DNA from: a virus
DNA: 64,000 nt
Direction: 5' to 3' (one strand)
IMG/VR virus record: IMGVR_UViG_3300032296_003403
Span: 7,300 to 71,299 of that record
The notes under the pieces were generated by a model. The model had not been told where the DNA came from, did no database searches, and worked only from the letters and a program-made list of their open reading frames with translations. Numbering within the stretch: position 1 is the stretch's first letter; every line of letters begins with the position of its first letter. Positions 57,883-64,000 of the stretch are shown here, one piece after another. The translations under genes and the position numbers were made by a program.

Positions 57883-58358
57883 CTGTGCTCATTATCTGGT
57901 TTAGAGGAATTTTTAGATGGGGCCTGGCTTCTCTCCAAAGGCTTAGGACCTGACGGAGGAGAAAAAGACCTAACACCTCCAGGTACATGCGTACCTCTTG
58001 GCCCAGGCGGCAAAGGCCTTGGTGGATCATAGCTCTTCTTATTATCACTTCTAGGCGCAACATACCCAGTCCTAGGCCTAGTAATAGGACGAACAGGCAC
58101 AATCACTCTAGGAGGCGTATAGAACCTCCTAGACCCCCAGAAGGGATCATAAAAAAACGGGTCATAGTACATATAAGGCCTAAACATAAAATCAGAGTAG
58201 TCACTCTGATGATGGTACCTATCTACACTATCGTAAAACTTCTGAACTACCTTAGTAGTATTACCAGTGGCCGAGTCAGTGACATAGGTCTCTACTATAC
58301 GGATCGGAGTTGAACACCCGTACAACAGAACGAACAAGAGTAAGTACAGTATTCTCAT
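57879..58358 (-). CDS. Lipoprotein with Tyr/Pro/Arg-rich disordered tail
   Basis: MRILYLLLFVLLYGC lipobox. Confidence 0.65.
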   Translation of the reverse strand: MRILYLLLFVLLYGCSTPIRIVETYVTDSATGNTTKVVQKFYDSVDRYHHQSDYSDFMFRPYMYYDPFFYDPFWGSRRFYTPPRVIVPVRPITRPRTGYVAPRSDNKKSYDPPRPLPPGPRGTHVPGGVRSFSPPSGPKPLERSQAPSKNSSKPDNEHR

Positions 58359-58364
58359 TATAAG

Positions 58365-58493
58365 CTATTTTAAGCCCAATACAGCCTCTTCGGCCTTCTT
58401 AATGATAGAATGGTTAGCCTGGATCCTTCTAGCGTGTTTTAGGCCGTTTCTACGTGATTTCATAGGCCTTGGTTTGGGAGATGCTTTTGCCAT
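58365..58493 (-). CDS. Small basic protein (absent from ORF track)
   Basis: MAKASPKPRPMKSRRNGLKHARRIQANHSIIKKAEEAVLGLK fills the gap in operon orientation. Confidence 0.6.
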   Translation of the reverse strand: MAKASPKPRPMKSRRNGLKHARRIQANHSIIKKAEEAVLGLK

Positions 58494-58509
58494 TGTAAAT
58501 TTATTATAA

Positions 58510-58908
58510 TTATTTGTATTTATCTGTAACGTTTTTTATAGCTATTTTAATTGTAGTCTTTCCTGCTCTTTTAGCAAGTTCTACTCTATGATGTCCATCA
58601 AGTAAATATATTTTACCTTGATATTCTATAGCCACAGGAAATTTAGTATCATATTCATTTTTAGGAGTGTCCTTCTCTATATAATCTCCATATTTTTTTA
58701 ATTTATCTTCACTAGGAGTTTCTGTATAGATTATATCTGATATTTTGACATCTTTTATGCTTTTTGAAAAAAAACTAGGCTCCCATGGATCTGATGGGTC
58801 TTTTTTAAAATAGTTCCAATTACCAATTCGTTGTAAAATTTGTTGTTCTTCTTGTGCTATCCATTGAGGAGATTGAGCTTCTTTTAATAATATATCAATA
58901 AGCTTCAT
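58510..58908 (-). CDS. ParB/Srx N-terminal-domain protein
   Basis: PVAIEYQGKIYLLDGHHRVELAKRAG..TI; likely start MKLIDILLKE at 58908; no HTH. Confidence 0.8.
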   Translation of the reverse strand: MKLIDILLKEAQSPQWIAQEEQQILQRIGNWNYFKKDPSDPWEPSFFSKSIKDVKISDIIYTETPSEDKLKKYGDYIEKDTPKNEYDTKFPVAIEYQGKIYLLDGHHRVELAKRAGKTTIKIAIKNVTDKYK

Positions 58909-58984
58909 TTTTTCCGGAAAAATTTTTTTGCGTATATACATAAATATCGACAAAAAGTATGTAGGAAAAACCGGATGAAAAATA

Positions 58985-59129
58985 GGGGGGGGGGAGGCTT
59001 CCGAGTTTGGACGTGTTTTACTTCCGAGTTTGGCTATTGTGCACATTTAAGGAAAATCATTGTGCATGTTTAAGGGTTGTGGATGAGGCAACTTAGGGGG
59101 TGACTTGAGGGGTTACTTAGGGGGGGGGG
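58985..59129. repeat. G-rich tract with short direct repeats at the strand switch
   Basis: G10 at 58985 and 59120; CTTCCGAGTTTGG x2; ATTGTGCAYRTTTAAGG x2; ACTT(A/GA)GGGG x3. Confidence 0.75.
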
Positions 59130-59209
59130 TGTATATATTTTTTATATATTAGAGTTTATGGATTTTTGGAGGTCGATAGGAAGACGCACCTGCCGGATCC
59201 CCCCAGACG

Positions 59210-59382
59210 TTAACATTTCCTTAACTACTAATATTCGTATCTTTGTATGGTAAGGGGGAAGGGATCGCACCCCACCCCTTAACAGGTCTTTAACATTTGA
59301 TATTTGTATCTTTGTTGGGTAGTCAGGCAGTTCTGACGGAAGGTCTTAACAAGCCTTTAACAAATGATATTCGTATCTTTGT
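59210..59382 (+). promoter_or_regulatory. Three tandem early promoters: TTAACA-N5-TTAAC(A/T)-N11-TATCTTTG
   Basis: Copies at 59210, 59279 and 59346 with identical internal spacing; TATCTTTG is the Bacteroidota -7 element. Confidence 0.8.
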
Positions 59383-59420
59383 GGGGTCGGGAAGTTAAAT
59401 CTGAACGGCTCTTGTATATG

Positions 59421-59437
59421 GTTCTTTGACATATTGG
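59421..59437 (+). promoter_or_regulatory. boxA-like antitermination element GTTCTTTGACATATTGG
   Basis: Resembles rrn boxA (TGCTCTTTAACA; variant GTTCTTTGACAT); lies between the promoters and the first gene. Confidence 0.55.
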
Positions 59438-59483
59438 GTGAGTGTTGGGGTTGCAATCTAATCACAAAAATCAATTTTGTAAA

Positions 59484-60011
59484 ATGAAAGCAACACTAAA
59501 CATCAGAAACGCAGGTGAGATCACTATCAACCCATACGACTTTGAAGTAGAGGGTAAAGATCTCGCCCAGTCAGTAGGTAAGGCATTGTACGAAGCACAC
59601 ATGAAATTGAGTGGTAACAAGCAATGGGACGCTCCCGTTGTGTCCATCAATGGAGTGGAGCTGACCAATGCACAAGTTCAGGCAGTCCGTGCTTCCTTCA
59701 TCAACTTCCAATTGAAATTTGGTTTGGTAAGGGAAAACGTACTCGCACAACTTGCCTTCACGTCTGAAGAAGCGGGAGTATCTTACATCCGTCACACAGA
59801 CAGGAATGGCATCTTCGAGAAGCAAAAATCCTTCACTGCACAGCAGATTGCTGCACAGGCAAAGGAGCAGCTTCGTCTGACAAGGTTCGTCACTTCCCTT
59901 GTAGTAGAGGACGCGAAAGCATCCGTATATCCTCCAGAAGTGGCAAAGGCAATGGAACTCAAGGCAGAGGCTGCAAAGCAGAAACGTATCGCTGCCAAGG
60001 CTTCCAAGTAA
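59484..60011 (+). CDS. First early protein, hypothetical
   Basis: ATG at 59484 after an A-rich leader; codon usage of a highly expressed gene. Confidence 0.75.
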   Translation: MKATLNIRNAGEITINPYDFEVEGKDLAQSVGKALYEAHMKLSGNKQWDAPVVSINGVELTNAQVQAVRASFINFQLKFGLVRENVLAQLAFTSEEAGVSYIRHTDRNGIFEKQKSFTAQQIAAQAKEQLRLTRFVTSLVVEDAKASVYPPEVAKAMELKAEAAKQKRIAAKASK

Positions 60012-60043
60012 ACCCGTAACCCCGCACTCCCCATTATGTCATC

Positions 60044-60945
60044 TCCCTTCACTGGCGAAGCGGTTCGATTCCGCAAAGGGAACTCTGTGGACAGCTTGCA
60101 CTTTAAATAGTGTAGGCACACCAAACACCTACTCGAATGCGTAGTAGGTCTATGCCTGGGTAGGATGCAGGCAGGTAGTAAGCCGTAGCCCTCACGTGGG
60201 AGGGACGCAATCAAACAATCTCATCCGACATATGTCTTATGCGAGGCGTCTGATGTATCTGTGTGGAGCTGCGTGATTAGATTCATGTAGCCCTGTGAAA
60301 GGTCAGGTAGGTAAAGCCAGCCACGTGTGATTAACTGTAGGTGTACGCACTTACATAGTCGGGAAACCTAACCGCTAAGGAACGGAGGGTGGAACGCACA
60401 CGGTCGAGGTGAGGTGAGGGACTTGACTAAGTAGACCGCATGGATGGACTCTGAAAGGTACGGGAGTCTATCAGTTGATGTGATGAGTGTATGTGATTAA
60501 ATTCATGCACACAAGTCTATCCCGAAGCATAAGTCCGTCAATCCCTGGGCTAGGTGGCTCCTAGACTCGTGAAACAAGTCCTGTAACTTTCACACGCTTT
60601 TAAGGACTAAGGGGGTAAAGCGTAAAAACATCCCGTCACTGCTTGCATACGTGGATCGTGTTAAGCGGGTCCGTAAAGTGTACAGCAATGTACATCCTCC
60701 GCTGATATGTCGCACAATAATAATAGAGGCTATATAAAGGAAAAAATACTACCGAGAGAAATGTCTGTTCTCGGTTATACTTGTCTTGATGTGAATGAAA
60801 AGGCAGTTGACATTCCTTTACGAATATTTCTGAGAGATCAGATGGGAATTCAAAAACTGACTGGTATTGGTACTCCCTTGCAGAAATGTAAGAGGATCGC
60901 CCTTGTGGTACACTTCGGTGTAGGATCGACGCCCGACGGTCAGCA
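60044..60945 (+). ncRNA. Candidate large structured non-coding RNA
   Basis: Raised GC, no credible ORF, many stems capped by GCAA/GAGA/GAAA/UUCG/UACG loops, long-range helix 60226-33/60705-12; boundaries approximate. Confidence 0.7.
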
Positions 60946-61029
60946 ATTTATGGAGATTCGTGGGTTTTCCTGCGTGTTTCCCAAATTTTGAGTTTAGTTG
61001 AGATTTTTATCTCAATTGAAATATATATT

Positions 61030-61045
61030 TGTTCCACGTGAAACA
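61030..61045. promoter_or_regulatory. parS centromere-like site TGTTCCACGTGAAACA
   Basis: Exact match to the bacterial chromosomal parS consensus TGTTNCACGTGAAACA, in non-coding DNA. Confidence 0.8.
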
Positions 61046-61229
61046 TTTTTAGAGAGAAACGGAAAACGCAGGTGCGTCTCTCTCCCCCCACAAGCGTCGG
61101 GGTTTCATTTCCCACTCATTACCCCCTTCCATTCATTTGGTTGGGGGTTTTGTCTTATAGTGGTAGTTTGTGGGACTTTGTGGTAAATTATGTCAATGCT
61201 ATTTCTTTACAAATAAAATAACATACAAA

Positions 61230-61676
61230 GTGAAACACTCCAACACTCTTATCCCATCTATCGGTACAGACTTTCAAGAAGTATTTGAGTACGTTACTTC
61301 GGTTGCTACTCCTATCTGTCTCTACACCTATGAGACTTGTAATGCTAATTATAACGATGATGGTCTCTATGTAGAGAGTCGTGATACTGGTACTGATGGG
61401 TATAGGATGATGGATAAGGAGGTTACTTCTCTCTATGGTCATAATAAGATGGATAATAAGATTACTCTGAAATATGAGATTTATAAGTGGGATGATGATG
61501 ATAATGAGTATACTGTTCCTGTCTATATTACTTATTGGGATGGTCGTATTAGTATTAGTAGTACGGTTTTCTTTTTTAGGGAGGTTACTGGGTATAACTC
61601 TTATAGAGTCGTCCACTTTGTATATGAGGATGGGGAAGGTGCTAAATGGTATAGAGATCAATCAATCGGAGAATAA
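61230..61676 (+). CDS. Early hypothetical protein
   Basis: Likely GTG start at 61230 after an A-rich leader. Confidence 0.55.
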   Translation: MKHSNTLIPSIGTDFQEVFEYVTSVATPICLYTYETCNANYNDDGLYVESRDTGTDGYRMMDKEVTSLYGHNKMDNKITLKYEIYKWDDDDNEYTVPVYITYWDGRISISSTVFFFREVTGYNSYRVVHFVYEDGEGAKWYRDQSIGE

Positions 61677-61704
61677 TCAATCACAATAAAAACAAAAGGT
61701 TATG
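61662..61704 (+). repeat. Inter-gene repeat copy 1 (TCAATCGGAGAATAATCAATCAC...AAAGGTTATG)
   Basis: 22/23 identical to 61984-62006. Confidence 0.75.
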
Positions 61705-61998
61705 TCAAACACTCCTAAAGTTGTTGGTAGAATAGATCTTTCTACTCATGAGATTACCTATGCTGATCTATCTCATTTGAATAGTATTGGTATTAGGAAG
61801 GTCTTTAATCATGGTATTAATGATCTTGGTCTTACTGATAGAACTATTATCTGTAATGATTATACGGTTTGGGATTATTGTGAAGAGGATGGCTTATACG
61901 AGAAGCGTAGGGAGAAGCATGTTTCTCCTTGGGATGAAGATGTTTCTTACTATGGTAGGTATGGTACAGAGGACTTTGAATGGTCAATCGGGGAATAA
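61702..61998 (+). CDS. Early hypothetical protein
   Basis: PKVVGRIDL N-terminus; shared leader motif. Confidence 0.6.
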   Translation: MSNTPKVVGRIDLSTHEITYADLSHLNSIGIRKVFNHGINDLGLTDRTIICNDYTVWDYCEEDGLYEKRREKHVSPWDEDVSYYGRYGTEDFEWSIGE

Positions 61999-62025
61999 TC
62001 AATCACCATTTAAATAAAGGTTATG
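61984..62025 (+). repeat. Inter-gene repeat copy 2
   Basis: TCAATCGGGGAATAATCAATCAC...AAAGGTTATG. Confidence 0.75.
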
Positions 62026-62388
62026 GATCACAAATTAGATGTTATTGAGTATGTTGAACGCTTTATCGCTAAACAAAACTCTCTTTACTCTCAAAGTTAT
62101 AAGCTGTATGATCCTCCTGTTTGGGAGTATCTTGTTAAGTCAGAGGTGAAAGCTTATTTACCAAAAGATACTACTCCTGAAATGATTTTTATCTACTTTA
62201 CTGTTTGTAATGGTATTGAGGGTGAGATGTACAAGAGATATTATCAATTGGTAACGGGATGTTTTGGAATTGAGATATATTATCAGGATGAGAATGTTAT
62301 TCCTATTAACCACAATTTTCCACTCTCGGATGTAAAGTTTAAGTTTACCAATTGGTGTAAACATATGCTTAAAAAGTTAGGTAATTAA
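62023..62388 (+). CDS. Early hypothetical protein
   Basis: 121-aa ORF with leader motif. Confidence 0.6.
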   Translation: MDHKLDVIEYVERFIAKQNSLYSQSYKLYDPPVWEYLVKSEVKAYLPKDTTPEMIFIYFTVCNGIEGEMYKRYYQLVTGCFGIEIYYQDENVIPINHNFPLSDVKFKFTNWCKHMLKKLGN

Positions 62389-62424
62389 TTATTCATCTAT
62401 CAATCACAATAAAAAATCAAGATC

Positions 62425-62775
62425 ATGAAAGTTGTTATCAATGATTGTTATGGAGGCTTTGGTCTATCAGACAAGGCAGATAGTATTATGGATGAAAGAT
62501 CTCCTTTCTATAAGGAACACGGATGGCTTTTTATAGATAGAAGCGATCCTATCCTTGTATCAGTAGTTGAGGAGTTGGGTAGAGAAGCAGATGGGTTTGC
62601 TTCCGAGTTAAGGATAGTAGATATTCCAGATGGTTTGGAGTATATGATTCAGGAGTACGATGGTATGGAAAATCTACTTACATATGTGTCGGTGAGTATG
62701 GAGGAGTTAAAGAGTGGGTTGAGTGAAGAGAAGTTATCTCTGTTGCAGTACACAAGGAACATCAAAATCAAATAA
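62425..62775 (+). CDS. Conserved phage hypothetical protein (KVVIN.CYGGFGLS family)
   Basis: MKVVINDCYGGFGLS, RSDPILV.VVEELG and IQEYDGME. Confidence 0.75.
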   Translation: MKVVINDCYGGFGLSDKADSIMDERSPFYKEHGWLFIDRSDPILVSVVEELGREADGFASELRIVDIPDGLEYMIQEYDGMENLLTYVSVSMEELKSGLSEEKLSLLQYTRNIKIK

Positions 62776-62796
62776 TCACCCAGTAAAATTAAGTTT

Positions 62797-63069
62797 ATGA
62801 GTAAGTTTACAGCAGTAAGTACTGAATACAACAATGGGTTCACCATGACATTCTCAAATGGTTGGACTATCAGTGTTCAGTTTGGCAAAGCTAACTATTG
62901 TAATAGAGATAAGGAGGAAAACTTTGCATATACCGCAGAGATAGCTGCGTGGGATAAGGATGGTAAGTGGTATGAGTTTGAACATGATATTGTGAAAGGA
63001 TATTGTGATGCAGATGAGGTAGTTGATTGGATAGTTGAGATATCTTGTTTACAGAATTGTATTTCCTAA
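62797..63069 (+). CDS. Conserved phage hypothetical protein
   Basis: GFTMTFSNGWTISVQFG..NYC and AEIAAW. Confidence 0.7.
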   Translation: MSKFTAVSTEYNNGFTMTFSNGWTISVQFGKANYCNRDKEENFAYTAEIAAWDKDGKWYEFEHDIVKGYCDADEVVDWIVEISCLQNCIS

Positions 63070-63086
63070 CCAATAAATAAAATAAG

Positions 63087-63389
63087 ATGAAGTACATTCT
63101 TCAAACCTTAGCGGTCAGCATTATTATGCTGTTTATGTATCCCAGATTCGTATTGTATCGTCTATGGCATGCTAGGAAGCATCAGGATCACGATGAGATC
63201 ATAGCTGACTATAGAGAGATGGTTTGGTCTACTGTGTATAGAACTACTGGGTACAGAATGACTAGACCTCAGACAATGACATGGATAAAGATTGCCTTAG
63301 TCATTGTTGTAGTAGGTAGTATTGTATTGTTTACTATCAATTCCATCTATTGGGATTGGAATCCTAATCCATCAATCACCATTAAATAA
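63087..63389 (+). CDS. Early membrane protein
   Basis: Two hydrophobic segments. Confidence 0.6.
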   Translation: MKYILQTLAVSIIMLFMYPRFVLYRLWHARKHQDHDEIIADYREMVWSTVYRTTGYRMTRPQTMTWIKIALVIVVVGSIVLFTINSIYWDWNPNPSITIK

Positions 63390-63394
63390 AGTTT

Positions 63395-63700
63395 ATGAAA
63401 AAGAAAGCACAACGCCTAGTAAATGGCCTCTTCATCCTCTCCGCTATTCCTCTGCTAACTTCCTTTGGTATTCTTATCTCCGCAGCAGCAGGATATAGAT
63501 GGACTTCAGACCTTGCCTTTGTTTTACCTTTGTTCTTAGGGACTTCTATCTTCTTTGTAGCAATGTACATTGATGCTAAGCATGAAGATACCCATGGTAT
63601 AGACTTCTATATCAGTAACCGTAAGGTTAGGATGAGATCGGCTATCACTGGATGTCTCTTGTCTGTTGTTATGAGTATTGCATCTTTATTTATCATCTAA
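63395..63700 (+). CDS. Early membrane protein (3 TM)
   Basis: Three hydrophobic helices; leader motif. Confidence 0.65.
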   Translation: MKKKAQRLVNGLFILSAIPLLTSFGILISAAAGYRWTSDLAFVLPLFLGTSIFFVAMYIDAKHEDTHGIDFYISNRKVRMRSAITGCLLSVVMSIASLFII

Positions 63701-63711
63701 CAATAAAAGTT

Positions 63712-63837
63712 ATGATTACTCTAATGATTCTAACCAATTTCAAAGGATCCACTTCAGATTGGATCAAAGCTACTGTTAGTTGTCTGCTATTGGATTCTAC
63801 CTATATGATACCTATCATTAGGCATTACATTAGTTAA
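63712..63837 (+). CDS. Small hypothetical protein
   Basis: ATG after an ACAATAAAAGTT leader. Confidence 0.45.
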   Translation: MITLMILTNFKGSTSDWIKATVSCLLLDSTYMIPIIRHYIS

Positions 63838-63863
63838 TAGTTTTTTGGTTTTGTTAGCAGGAC

Positions 63864-63900
63864 CTCCCGGTATTTCTATATCAGGGAGCTTTTATTTTAT
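63864..63900 (+). terminator. Putative intrinsic terminator
   Basis: CTCCC-GGTAT..ATATC-A-GGGAG hairpin followed by a T-rich run. Confidence 0.55.
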
Positions 63901-63932
63901 TCTTTATTTCTTAACCTTAACCCCCTTTTAAA

Positions 63933-64000
63933 ATGAAAAAGGTATCTATCATTTGCTTCGCTGTTGTAACAGCTGCCTTGTTGTTTTCTTCCTGTGCTAC
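63933..64000 (+). CDS. Lipoprotein, truncated by the window end
   Basis: MKKVSIICFAVVTAALLFSSCA lipobox. Confidence 0.6.
   Translation, partial: MKKVSIICFAVVTAALLFSSCA

Noticed and set aside
1-58908. Stop-codon recoding (alternative genetic code)
   Set aside because: Capsid, portal, terminase and baseplate genes are full length and densely packed under the standard code
58909-59046. N-terminal extension of the ParB-like ORF
   Set aside because: Runs through the G-rich repeat tract; the late motif at 58939 and the MKLIDILLKE leader support a start at 58908
59210-59382. Mini CRISPR array (three ~37-nt repeats, ~68-nt period)
   Set aside because: Repeats are conserved only at promoter-like boxes, are not palindromic, and no cas genes are present; tandem promoters explain them better
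60040-60090. Canonical tRNA gene
   Set aside because: T-arm present but no anticodon arm and too short; reported as a tRNA-like element instead
60566-60577. Second parS site (CGTGAAACA)
   Set aside because: Only a half-site, and explained as a GAAA-loop hairpin of the structured RNA
60857-60945. tRNA at the 3' end of the structured region
   Set aside because: A 7-bp closing helix exists, but the T-stem does not pair properly and the central arm has a GAAA tetraloop rather than an anticodon loop
60100-60945. Group II intron, RNase P RNA or tmRNA
   Set aside because: No recognisable domain V, P4 consensus or tmRNA termini, and no interrupted gene; not excluded without a covariance-model search
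60707-61186. ORFs 60707..60991 and 60998..61186
   Set aside because: Lack the early leader motif and typical codon usage; they overlap tetraloop hairpins and the parS site

Overview
A 64-kb segment of a large, AT-rich T4-like myovirus genome. The host is most likely Bacteroidota, based on TAnnTTTG promoters and the lack of Shine-Dalgarno motifs. Bases 1-58.9k are mostly minus-strand late genes: neck, PhoH, major capsid, scaffold, head protease, portal, terminase, holin/spanin-like genes, many small putative head-cargo proteins, primase, baseplate/tail genes, a GH19 endolysin and a gp55-like late sigma factor. A ~10-kb cassette inside the tail region combines mucin-like Pro/Thr-repeat proteins with a GT60-like polypeptide O-GlcNAc transferase, further glycosyltransferases and UDP-galactopyranose mutase. 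This cassette appears to split a structural gene in two. At ~59 kb the strand switches. There are G-rich repeats, three tandem host-type promoters each carrying a TTAACA-N5-TTAAC direct repeat, a boxA-like site, one early gene, a ~900-nt highly structured non-coding region preceded by a tRNA-like minihelix, a perfect chromosomal-type parS site, and an array of small early genes with shared leader motifs. All family assignments come from motif recognition by eye; no searches were run.
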